Below, piece after piece: positions 21,450-30,202 of a stretch of DNA of 64,000 nucleotides. Where the stretch lies: assembly GCA_965248445.1 (NCBI GenBank), contig CBDFJG010000002.1:416001-480000 (forward strand). The letters run 5' to 3'. The DNA comes from Planctomycetota bacterium. Lineage in GTDB: Bacteria > Planctomycetota > JAJSAM01 > JAJVHW01. The notes beneath the pieces are model-generated. The model was not told where the DNA came from. It saw only the letters and a list, made by a program, of their open reading frames with translations, and did no database searches. Numbering within the stretch: position 1 is the stretch's first letter; every line of letters starts with the position of its first letter. A program made the position numbers and the translations under genes.

Positions 21450-21564
21450 GCCGCGGCTCCTCGTCCGGTGGGCGTGGTAGCGTCGGACGCTCGTGCACCT
21501 TCGGGCTATCGGTGCGCATGCACGCGTCCGCAGCGTGGCAGTCGAGAACGGGTCAGGAGAGCGC

Positions 21565-23433
21565 ATGGTGAGCAGAGCGGGGTCCGGAAAGGGTGCGAAG
21601 CGATCGAACGGGAAGGCCGCCGCCCGGCCCAAGAAGTCGCCGGCCCGCCAGAAGCGCACCGCGGAGCAGCTCGCCAGCAAGCAGCGCGAGATCAGCGTCT
21701 CGGAGTTCTTCGAGAAGAACCGGCACCTGCTGGGGTTCGACAACCCGCTCAAAGCGCTCCTCACGACCGTCAAGGAGGGCGTCGACAACGCACTCGATGC
21801 TTGCGAGGAAGCCGGCGTCCTGCCCGACGTGATCGTCGAGATCACGCGCAAGGAGGACCTCAAGCAGTTCGACGCGACGACGCCGAAGTACGCCGACGGC
21901 TTCACCGGGGAGGTCGTCGCGGCCGCCGACCTCGATACGGTTCGCAAGACCGACGGCAAGCGGTCCGCCGCGGCGGGGAGCCTCTTCGCCTCACTTGCCG
22001 ACGAAGACCTGACGGAGGAAGAGGAGAACGCGCTCGAGGAGGCCGCCAAAAGGAAGCCCAAGGGCCGCGGAAAGGGCATCGCGGCGCCGCCCGAGATCTT
22101 CGTCATCGCGATCGAGGACAACGGCCCGGGCATTGTCGCGGCGCAGGTGGCCAAGATCTTCGGCAAGCTGCTCTACGGCTCGAAGTTCCACCGGCTGCGC
22201 CAGAGCCGCGGCCAGCAGGGCATCGGCATCTCGGCGGCAGGCATGTACGGCCAGCAGACGACGGGACGCCCGGTGCGCATCCTGTCCCGGACCTCCAAGC
22301 GCGCCCAGGCGCACTACATGGAGGTCGCGCTCGATGTGAAGCGCAACCAGCCCGACGTGCGTGTGGACGAGAAGCGGGAGTGGCACAAGTCGCGCGGCAC
22401 GCGCGTCGAGATCGAGATGAAGGCGCGCTACCAGCGCGGCCGCCGGTCGGTGGACGACTACCTGCGCGCCACGGCGATGGCCAACCCGCACGTCACGCTT
22501 CGTTACCGCGATCCGGACGGCAGGTGGACCGTGTACCGCCGGGCGACCAAGACCCTGCCGCCGGAGCCGCGCGAGGTGAAGCCCCACCCGTACGGCGTCG
22601 AGCTCGGCATGTTCCTGCGCATGCTGGGGACGTCCGAGTCGCAGAAGGTCGGCGCGTTCCTGCAGAGCGAGTTCTCCCGCGTCTCGCGCAAGTCCGCGCA
22701 GGAGATCTGCAAGCTGTCGGGCGCCAACATGACGACCTGGCTCTCGCGGGTGCAGGGAGACGACGCCCGCGAACTGCACGCGGCGCTCTCCAAGGTCAAG
22801 CTGATGAACCCGCCGACGGACTGCATCAGCCCGATCGGCGAGGACCTCCTGATCGAGAGCCTGGCGCGCGAGTACCCGGACGCGTTCCTGCGCGCCGTCA
22901 CCCGGCCGCCGACCGTCTACCGCGGCAACCCGTTCCAGATCGAGGTGGCGCTGGCGTACGGCAAGGGTTTGCCGGCCGAGGGGTCCGCCACCGTCTGGCG
23001 CTTCGCCAACCGCGTCCCGCTGCTCTACCAGCACGGCGCGTGCGCCATCACGAAGCAGGTCAACTCGGTGCCGTGGAAGAACTACGGCATCGAGCAGTCC
23101 CGCGGCGGCCCGCCCGGCGGCCCGCTGATGCTGATCGTGCACCTCGCGTCGGTGTGGGTGCCGTTCACCTCCGAGTCAAAGGAGGCGGTGGCGCACTACC
23201 CCGAGATCTTGAAGGAGCTGCGGCTCGCGGTCATGGACTGCGGCCGCGCGCTCGGACGTCACGTGCGGGCCGAGAAGAAGCGCGCCGACGCGATCAAGAA
23301 GCGCGACTACATCGCGCGCTACATCCCCAAGATCGCGCTGGCGCTGCAGAACATCCTGGAGTTCGACACCAAGGAACGGGACCGCACGGCGGCGACGCTG
23401 CGCCAGGTCCTCGACAAGAGCAGGAACCTCTGA
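21565..23433 (+). CDS. top6B: DNA topoisomerase VI subunit B
   Basis: EISVSEFFEKN, VKEGVDNALDA, EDNGPGI, GKLLYGSKF, QSRGQQGIGIS, RFANRVPL, VPFTSESKEA; AGGAGA SD. Confidence 0.97.
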   Translation: MVSRAGSGKGAKRSNGKAAARPKKSPARQKRTAEQLASKQREISVSEFFEKNRHLLGFDNPLKALLTTVKEGVDNALDACEEAGVLPDVIVEITRKEDLKQFDATTPKYADGFTGEVVAAADLDTVRKTDGKRSAAAGSLFASLADEDLTEEEENALEEAAKRKPKGRGKGIAAPPEIFVIAIEDNGPGIVAAQVAKIFGKLLYGSKFHRLRQSRGQQGIGISAAGMYGQQTTGRPVRILSRTSKRAQAHYMEVALDVKRNQPDVRVDEKREWHKSRGTRVEIEMKARYQRGRRSVDDYLRATAMANPHVTLRYRDPDGRWTVYRRATKTLPPEPREVKPHPYGVELGMFLRMLGTSESQKVGAFLQSEFSRVSRKSAQEICKLSGANMTTWLSRVQGDDARELHAALSKVKLMNPPTDCISPIGEDLLIESLAREYPDAFLRAVTRPPTVYRGNPFQIEVALAYGKGLPAEGSATVWRFANRVPLLYQHGACAITKQVNSVPWKNYGIEQSRGGPPGGPLMLIVHLASVWVPFTSESKEAVAHYPEILKELRLAVMDCGRALGRHVRAEKKRADAIKKRDYIARYIPKIALALQNILEFDTKERDRTAATLRQVLDKSRNL

Positions 23434-23434
23434 G

Positions 23435-24568
23435 ATGACTGCCAAGAGACGACGCCGCGCGCCGCCCAAGAAGTCCCGCGCCGAGCTGGACGAAGTGACG
23501 ATCGAGCAGATCGAGAACGTCGCGAAGAACGTGCACCAGACGGTCAAGGCGTTGGACCGTCCGCGTCTCGTCTTCCCGCAGCGCTCGCTGTCGAACGTGT
23601 CGTATGACCCGAAGATCGGTTACTTCGAGCTCGGCGAAGCCACGTCCGAGCGAACGCTGACGTACAACACGGCGAAGAGCTTCGCGCAGACGCTGCTGAT
23701 GATGAACGAGGTCCGGCGGCACATCCGCGCAGACGAGCACGCCACCAAGCGAGAGATGTACTACATCTCGAAGAACTGGGACGACACGGCGTTCAAGGAC
23801 CAGCCCGAGTCCGACACCGTCATCGACGACATCGAGGCCATGTTCGCGTCCAACGGGATCACGCGCGAGCAGCTCCGAATCATCGCCGAGCAGCACGGTG
23901 GGTCGGTGGTTGGCAATCTCGTCGTGCTCGACAAGGGCACTCACATCGACTGCTCGCAGCAGGGTTCCGGCGCGTGGAGCATCCCGAAGGACGTCGAGGG
24001 ACTACGCTTCGAGACGAACGCCAAGTTCATCCTGTGCATCGAGACCGGCGGCACGTTCAACCGGCTACACGAGGCGAACTTCTGGGAGACGGCCAACTCC
24101 AACTGCATCCTGGTGCAGATGAGCGGCGTCCCCTCGCGCATGTGCCGCCGCTTCGTGCGTCGCCTGGCCGACGACTGCAATCTGCCGGTGTACGTCTTCA
24201 CCGACTGCGACCCGTACGGCTTCGCGAACATCTACCGCACGCTGAAGGTCGGCTCGGGCAACGCGGCCCACATGAACCGCCACTACTGCGTACCCCAAGC
24301 GCAGTTCCTCGGCGTGACGCCGGAGGACGTGGACCGCTACGAGCTGCCGACGCACAAGATGGCGGCCGTCGACATCAAGCGCGCCAACGACGCCATCAAG
24401 AACGACCCGTTCTTCAAGGCGCACAAGCCCTGGACCCGCGCCATCAAGCGGCTGATCGCGACGGGAAACCGCGCCGAGCAGCAGGCCTTCGCGAAGCACG
24501 GCCTCTCGTTCGTCTACGACACGTACTTGCCCGAGAAACTCGCCAACCCCCGCAAGTTCCTCCCGTAG
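23435..24568 (+). CDS. top6A: DNA topoisomerase VI subunit A (Spo11-like)
   Basis: TKREMYY catalytic Tyr, QPESD, TOPRIM IETGG and DCDPYG, AEQQAF; directly after top6B. Confidence 0.97.
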   Translation: MTAKRRRRAPPKKSRAELDEVTIEQIENVAKNVHQTVKALDRPRLVFPQRSLSNVSYDPKIGYFELGEATSERTLTYNTAKSFAQTLLMMNEVRRHIRADEHATKREMYYISKNWDDTAFKDQPESDTVIDDIEAMFASNGITREQLRIIAEQHGGSVVGNLVVLDKGTHIDCSQQGSGAWSIPKDVEGLRFETNAKFILCIETGGTFNRLHEANFWETANSNCILVQMSGVPSRMCRRFVRRLADDCNLPVYVFTDCDPYGFANIYRTLKVGSGNAAHMNRHYCVPQAQFLGVTPEDVDRYELPTHKMAAVDIKRANDAIKNDPFFKAHKPWTRAIKRLIATGNRAEQQAFAKHGLSFVYDTYLPEKLANPRKFLP

Positions 24569-24601
24569 CTCGTTCGTTGGTGGGCCGCTTACGATGAGGG
24601 T

Positions 24602-26089
24602 GTGAGCACTGTGCGAGCCGCCGTCGTCCTGCTTCCCGCGCTTCTGGTGGGGTGTGCCACGCAGTCCCCGCTGCCTGCACCGACGGAGACGACCGAGGTG
24701 AACGGCATCCCCATCGCTGCGATGGAGCAGCCGGGGGTCTCCGATGGCGCGGCCGGCGTCCGCTTCCCGCTGATCGTTCCTGCAGCAGCGGACGGTTCCG
24801 AGGACTTCGCGGACCTGCCGCTCACGGTGTATCCGACCCCGATCGAGGCCGCGTACGAGGACACGATGATCCGTGTCGACGACGCCGCATTCGTCGGCCC
24901 CGGGCACCCGGAATTGGGCGACGCTCTCTCGGCGCTGGCCCTCGATGCCGCGTATGCGGAGCTGCCCGCGGGCGGCTACGTCCTGCGCGTCACAGTCGCG
25001 GAGGGCGGCGGACTGATCGTGCTAGCCGCCCAGGATGCGTCCGGCGAGGCGCACGCCCGGCGCGCGCTGCTTCAACTCTCGCGCGGTGGCCCGGACGGAT
25101 CCGTGCTCGCGCGCGAGTGCCTGATCGTCGACCGCCCGGGGTTTCCTCTACGGGGGAGCAAGCGGCCGGAGCCCTGGGAACTCGAGTACGGGGCCAACTT
25201 CGTGTGGGGCGCCGGGGTCAAGGCGAAGCACGTTGGCCGCACCATGCTGCCGTTCTACGCCCCCGGCGCGACGCTCGACGCCGGAGCCGAGGGAATCGAG
25301 CGCGCCCTCCGCGCGCTCAGGCCGTGGCAGGACCGCGGCGTGACCGCGTTCGCCGTCAAGTTCGACGACGTCGGCTTCGGGCTGTCACCCGAGTCGCGGT
25401 TGCGCTTCGGCTCGTACCCGACTGCGGCGGTGCACTTCATGGCAGAGGTGCAGGCGGCGCTGCGCGCACGGGATACCACCACGCGGGTCTACTACCTCCC
25501 GCAGACCTACTGGTGGAACGACGACCGCCTCGAGTCGTTCGCGCGGGCTCTGCGCATGGCGGGAGGCCTTCCGGTCGACGCCGGTCTCGTGATGACCGGT
25601 CCCGAAGTCATCAGCGGCGAGATCGACTCGATCGGTCTGGCCACCTCCCGTGCTGCGTTCGGTCTCACGAAGACCAAGGCACTGATCTACGACAACCTCG
25701 GCCGCGAGGGCGACTGGGGACCACTCACCGGGCGGGATGCCGGCCTGACGGAACAGGCCGACGCCGTGTTCGGCGAGCGGGGCACCACCGTCAACCGGAT
25801 GACCCGACTCGACTGGTCGTGGAACCCGTGGGCCTACGACGCGGAGACGTCCTGGCGGCGCGCGATCTACGAACTGGCCGGTCCGGAGGGTTACGAACGG
25901 TTGCGTGCCGCGTGCGCCGCGTTCCGCGAGCGAGCGTCCCGCCCGGAAGCGGAGCGGGCGGTGCAGCGCTTCGCCGTGGCCGACCTGGGCGGCTGGCCGT
26001 CCCCTGTGCCCCAGGACGAACTCGTCCGCCTGCTCCGCAAGGACCTGCCGCGGCTCGAGCCGGACGTCTCGGTCGACGCCACGCGTTGA
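24602..26089 (+). CDS. GH84-family beta-N-acetylglucosaminidase-like lipoprotein with a GH20 domain-2-like N-terminus
   Basis: Lipobox LLVGC; DRPGFPLRG; FAVKFDD catalytic Asp pair; TGPEVIS; WSWNPWAYD. Confidence 0.75.
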   Translation: MSTVRAAVVLLPALLVGCATQSPLPAPTETTEVNGIPIAAMEQPGVSDGAAGVRFPLIVPAAADGSEDFADLPLTVYPTPIEAAYEDTMIRVDDAAFVGPGHPELGDALSALALDAAYAELPAGGYVLRVTVAEGGGLIVLAAQDASGEAHARRALLQLSRGGPDGSVLARECLIVDRPGFPLRGSKRPEPWELEYGANFVWGAGVKAKHVGRTMLPFYAPGATLDAGAEGIERALRALRPWQDRGVTAFAVKFDDVGFGLSPESRLRFGSYPTAAVHFMAEVQAALRARDTTTRVYYLPQTYWWNDDRLESFARALRMAGGLPVDAGLVMTGPEVISGEIDSIGLATSRAAFGLTKTKALIYDNLGREGDWGPLTGRDAGLTEQADAVFGERGTTVNRMTRLDWSWNPWAYDAETSWRRAIYELAGPEGYERLRAACAAFRERASRPEAERAVQRFAVADLGGWPSPVPQDELVRLLRKDLPRLEPDVSVDATR

Positions 26090-26223
26090 CCCTCCTCCTG
26101 TGCGGCCGATCAGACAGGTTGAGCCCCGGCCAGTGACTCCGCTCACCCGAAGCTGCCCAGGCTCGACTTTCTGCTGCCGCCTTCCGCCCCGCGGGGCGCC
26201 GGGTACCGGATGATGGGGGGACC

Positions 26224-26255
26224 GCGGCACAGAGTTGCGGCACAGAGTTTGTGCC
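26224..26255 (+). promoter_or_regulatory. Tandem 13-bp direct repeat overlapping a 6-5-6 palindrome; putative operator
   Basis: gcggcacagagtt twice (26224-26249); GGCACA-gagtt-TGTGCC at 26239-26255. Confidence 0.5.
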
Positions 26256-26309
26256 ACGGAGTGCTCGGAGGGTCGTGTGCCCTCCCCGTCGCATCCACGA
26301 GGAGACACC

Positions 26310-26924
26310 ATGCCCACTCACCAGGTCACCCGACGCATCCGGCGCGCCGTTCTCGGGGCCGCCGTAGTCACATCCGCTCTCGCCCTGACCGCCTGCGCAG
26401 GGGCGTCGTCGCATCGCGTCGATCCGCGCGTGGACGACGATCTGGGCGGGACCATGATCGACTCGTCCGACGTGATCGTGGCTTCGGAGGCCGCCGTCGA
26501 TGATCTCGCCGCCGTGCTGCTCGCCTCGCCGCAGAACGACATGATCGTTGCGGTGGCGACCATCAAGAACGAGTCCATCCAGCCCATCAACATGGCGCTG
26601 CTCACGGACCGGATGCGCAACTCTCTCGTCCGCCGCACCTCGCCCCGCGTGCGCTACCTGGCGCGGGAGCACATCGACGACGTGCTGCGGGAGCGCGCAG
26701 GCAAGCGCGAGGGCGTCTACGCAGGCAAGCAACTGAAGGCGCTGCTCGGCGCGGACTACCTCCTCGTCGGGCGCATCAACAGCCTCTCGAAGCGCTACGA
26801 AGGGGACCGCGCGGACTACTTCCAGCTCAACTTCCAGCTGATCGACTCGGAGACGAGTGTGATCACGTGGAGCGACGCCTACGAGTTCAAGAAGGTCGGC
26901 GACGCCGGCGTGATCTACCAGTAG
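26310..26924 (+). CDS. LpoB/CsgG-like lipoprotein (penicillin-binding protein activator LpoB family)
   Basis: GAGGAG SD; lipobox LTAC; IKNES, GADYLLVGRI, LIDSETSVITW. Confidence 0.8.
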   Translation: MPTHQVTRRIRRAVLGAAVVTSALALTACAGASSHRVDPRVDDDLGGTMIDSSDVIVASEAAVDDLAAVLLASPQNDMIVAVATIKNESIQPINMALLTDRMRNSLVRRTSPRVRYLAREHIDDVLRERAGKREGVYAGKQLKALLGADYLLVGRINSLSKRYEGDRADYFQLNFQLIDSETSVITWSDAYEFKKVGDAGVIYQ

Positions 26925-26927
26925 GTC

Positions 26928-28100
26928 GTGCGTCACGGGGGGAGTCTGACGGTTCTCGCGCTCGCTGCGATCCTCGGGTTGGCCGCGTGCGCCGCGACCG
27001 AGACGCGGGGCGGCCAGGGTCTGTACCGCTCGCGGCGGTACGACGAAGTGCGCAAGCTCTACGAGGCCGGCATCGTGCGCGAGCCGCGCAACGCGGCGCT
27101 CGATCGCAACGAGGCCGGCGTGATGGCACTGCTCGACGGCGACGTCGACGGCGCACACCGTCACTTCCGCCAGGCGTTCGATGACCTGGACGATCTCAGT
27201 TCGAACACCGCCGAGACGGTCGGCGCGTTCGCCGGCTCCGCGGCGTCCAGGCGCTGGAAGGGCGAGCCGTACGAACGCTGCATGAACGCCTACTACCTCG
27301 GCGTCACCTACTGGTTGCGGGGCGACGCCGACAACGCTGCGGCCTCGTTCAAGGCGGGCGTGTTGCGCGATGCCGACAGCCAGCACGGCGCCGCGCAGTC
27401 CGACTTCTCGATCCTCTGGTACCTGCTCGGGCAGGCGCAGCGCACGGCGCACCACTCCGATCGCGGGGACGCCGCACTGCGCGCCGCGGCGCGGCTCCTG
27501 CCGCGGCACGAGCAACTCCGCAGCGGTTCCGCCGCCACGGGGAACGTGCTGGTCCTTGTCGAAACGGGAACCGGACCCCGGAAGCTCGCCGAAGGGCCCG
27601 GGGGCGCGTGGCTGCGCTTCTCCGATCGCGCGCGCGGCCGCGGCCTCGTGCCGCGCGTGACGCTTGCGAACCGGTACCTCGGCGATACGGCCTCACTCGG
27701 CGACGTCTTCCATCAGGCGATGACGCGCGGAGAGAAGGTCGTCGACCACGTGAACAAGGGGAAGGCCGTGTTCGCGGAGGCGGTCAAGGTCGCCGGCGCG
27801 GTCAAGTCCACGAAGGCGCGCACCGACGAGGAGCGACTGGCCGGAGTGGGGGCTGTCCTCATCGGGGCGGCGATCCCGACAGAGGCCGACACCCGCACGT
27901 GGCGCAGCCTCCCCGGCGAAGTGCATGCGCTCACCGCGGATCTGCCCCCTGGGCAGCACGTGCTCAAAATCGAATTCCTGAACGGCGGGAAGGCGGACCC
28001 GTCACTGACCACGGAGGTGCCGGTCACGGTGCGTCCGGGGCACGTCGCGCTGGCCTGGGGCCGCGCGGTCCCCGGCTACATCGTGCCGCGCTTCCGATAG
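26928..28100 (+). CDS. TPR-containing lipoprotein (COG3014-like)
   Basis: Lipobox LAAC; KGEPYE and ADTRTWRSLP motifs; adjacent to the LpoB-like gene. Confidence 0.75.
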   Translation: MRHGGSLTVLALAAILGLAACAATETRGGQGLYRSRRYDEVRKLYEAGIVREPRNAALDRNEAGVMALLDGDVDGAHRHFRQAFDDLDDLSSNTAETVGAFAGSAASRRWKGEPYERCMNAYYLGVTYWLRGDADNAAASFKAGVLRDADSQHGAAQSDFSILWYLLGQAQRTAHHSDRGDAALRAAARLLPRHEQLRSGSAATGNVLVLVETGTGPRKLAEGPGGAWLRFSDRARGRGLVPRVTLANRYLGDTASLGDVFHQAMTRGEKVVDHVNKGKAVFAEAVKVAGAVKSTKARTDEERLAGVGAVLIGAAIPTEADTRTWRSLPGEVHALTADLPPGQHVLKIEFLNGGKADPSLTTEVPVTVRPGHVALAWGRAVPGYIVPRFR

Positions 28101-28109
28101 GAGACAGAC

Positions 28110-28523
28110 ATGCAGTTCTCTCGTATCGCGCCGCTCGCCGCGGCGGCCCTGCTCGCCGGTTGCGCGACGCACCACCACGACCACGGTGCGCCCGTCGTCT
28201 ATCGCACTGACACGACACCTTCGACGACGCTCCCGGCCCAGGCGGGCGAGCAGGTCGTGTTCGACAACCGGATGAGCGAGGCCGATCGCGCTGCGTGGGT
28301 CCGCCAAAACGCTGTGCCCGTCGAGTACGAACGGGTGTACGACCAGACGCTCCAGCCCCGCGTCATCCGCGTTGTCGAAGAACGGCCCGTATACGTCCGC
28401 TCGCACTACTCGCCGGTGCACCTGAACATCGGATACAGCAGCGGTCGCCGTGGCGGACACCACGGCCGACACCACGGCGGATGGCACACAGGGATCGGCT
28501 GGTCGCTGCCGCTGTACTGGTAG
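28110..28523 (+). CDS. Small lipoprotein with His/Gly-rich segments
   Basis: GGAGA SD; lipobox LLAGC. Confidence 0.75.
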   Translation: MQFSRIAPLAAAALLAGCATHHHDHGAPVVYRTDTTPSTTLPAQAGEQVVFDNRMSEADRAAWVRQNAVPVEYERVYDQTLQPRVIRVVEERPVYVRSHYSPVHLNIGYSSGRRGGHHGRHHGGWHTGIGWSLPLYW

Positions 28524-28548
28524 TAGGGGCGGGGTTCCACGCCCGCCC
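28523..28548 (+). repeat. GTAG-type REP element
   Basis: gtaggggcggggttccacgcccgccc; 24/26 identical to the inverted copy at 30173-30198. Confidence 0.7.
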
Positions 28549-28575
28549 GCAGGTCGCGACGATCCGATGGACGGG

Positions 28576-30135
28576 TCAGCGCCCTCGGACGGTGAACGAC
28601 GTCTGCCAGTCGGCGAACTCGCTCGCCAGGACGTCGTACGTGCCCTCGCGTGACGGCACCCAGGTGGCCGAGTAGCTCGGAGCGGTCGCGTCGGCCGTCA
28701 GCCTGACGGTCGTGGACTCGTGAGTCTCGTCGTGGAAGACGCTCAGTTCGAGCGACTCCGGAGACGTGAACGGCGGTGGAACCAAGCGCACTGTGACGCT
28801 TTCTCCGAGCGCGACCTCCGGGCGCAGCATGCTCACGAGGGTGCGGTTCTCGCCGCGATGCCGCGACGCGTCGGCCAGGCCCTCGATGGCGCGGCCGTAG
28901 AAACGGAGGAAGTACAGGTCGCCGACGCCCTTACGCAGCCGCCAGAGGTCGTCGGCGCCGACGAACATCACCGCGCCGAGCCCGTATGGCCGGGAGGCGA
29001 ACACGGGCCGAGGGCCGTGCTTGTTGTCGTACAGCGCGTGGTCGGCAGTTGCGAAGACGGTGGCATCGTCGTGCGCGCGCAGCGAGGGAAACACCCAGAA
29101 CTGCCGCGCGGCCGACGACTCCTCCCAGAGGGCGCGGGAGTAGTCGAGGTCGACGTCGATCTGCATCCACGGACTACGCAGTCCAGCCGGAGTGAGTCGC
29201 AGCGAGAACCCGCTGAGAGGGGTCTCCGGATCGAGCAGCTCGGACTGACGATCGAGGACGACCGGGAGCAGTTCCTCGACCGCGGTACCCGCGTAGCTCG
29301 AAGGGTTGTCGCCCGCACCCGCGATCAACATCAGCCCGCCGCCCTCGGCGACGAAGTCGCGCAGACTCACGAACTGTTCGGCGATGTCGTCACGGTGCCG
29401 CGCCAGCGTTCGTGGAGCGACGTCGCCGAGGACGATGACGTCGTACTCGCGCAGCGCGCCACCCTGCGGCACGCCGTCTCGCAACGTGAGAGCGCTCCAC
29501 TTGAGCACGTTCGTCGCGGGCTGTGGAGTGTCGTCGTCGCCGTCCGTGAGAAGCGCGTGGACCCGGAAGCGGGCGTGGTCGCGAGCCAGTGCGTTCGAGA
29601 GGTAGATGTAGTCGTAACGCGGAGCTGACTCGAGGTACAGCACGCGAGTGTGGGTCCCAGCCGCCGTCGCCAGAACTGGGTGGAGACCGGCATCGAGCAC
29701 GACAGTGCCGTCGTCGGATGCCGCCGACACGACGATCCGGAATAGCCTGGCGCCCGGCTTGGACGGCGAGACGGTGAGCACGACGTGCAGCAGACCGTCC
29801 TCGCGGCGCTCGATCGACTTCACCGTCGCCGCTTCGGACCTGGCCGACGAATCGGGCACGCGCGACGTCTCGACGACAGCGACGCTGATGGTTCCCGCGG
29901 CGACGCGCTCCGCCGACGCGGTCAATTCGAGCCGCATCGGTGCACCTGTTCTGCCGCGGTGGGGACCGACCACGGACTCGATGCGCAACAGCGGGGGCGC
30001 TGTTGCGGGCGCCTGCCCGGTGGGTGCTGCCGCGCTGGGCGGAGTGGCGGGTTGCGGCCGGTCACCGCAGGCGGTCAGAGCCGCGCCAAGGACGACGACG
30101 GCGAGCGGAACCAGAGCGCCAGGCCGGATGTGCAT
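28576..30135 (-). CDS. Lipoprotein with a class-I glutamine amidotransferase-like (DUF1355-type) domain
   Basis: Lipobox LTAC; RVLYLESAPRYDY, YDVIVLGDV, GGGLMLIAG, LLPV, DLWRLR. Confidence 0.75.
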   Translation of the reverse strand: MHIRPGALVPLAVVVLGAALTACGDRPQPATPPSAAAPTGQAPATAPPLLRIESVVGPHRGRTGAPMRLELTASAERVAAGTISVAVVETSRVPDSSARSEAATVKSIERREDGLLHVVLTVSPSKPGARLFRIVVSAASDDGTVVLDAGLHPVLATAAGTHTRVLYLESAPRYDYIYLSNALARDHARFRVHALLTDGDDDTPQPATNVLKWSALTLRDGVPQGGALREYDVIVLGDVAPRTLARHRDDIAEQFVSLRDFVAEGGGLMLIAGAGDNPSSYAGTAVEELLPVVLDRQSELLDPETPLSGFSLRLTPAGLRSPWMQIDVDLDYSRALWEESSAARQFWVFPSLRAHDDATVFATADHALYDNKHGPRPVFASRPYGLGAVMFVGADDLWRLRKGVGDLYFLRFYGRAIEGLADASRHRGENRTLVSMLRPEVALGESVTVRLVPPPFTSPESLELSVFHDETHESTTVRLTADATAPSYSATWVPSREGTYDVLASEFADWQTSFTVRGR

Positions 30136-30172
30136 CCAGCCCGAGTGTAGAGGGGGGTGTGCGGCCGTTCGA

Positions 30173-30198
30173 GGGCGGGGGTGGAACCCCGCCGCTAC
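30173..30198 (-). repeat. GTAG-type REP element (inverted partner of 28523-28548)
   Basis: Reverse complement gtagcggcggggttccacccccgccc; adjacent 8-bp tandem gctactca-gctactca. Confidence 0.7.
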
Positions 30199-30202
30199 TC
30201 AG

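Noticed and set aside
21844..22095. Intein in Top6B
   Set aside because: Too short, and lacks Cys/Ser-start and His-Asn-end splice motifs
19281..22166. 961-aa antisense ORF and many similar long overlapping ORFs
   Set aside because: Shadow frames of high-GC genes: Arg/Ala/Pro-rich, motif-free and opposite well-supported CDSs
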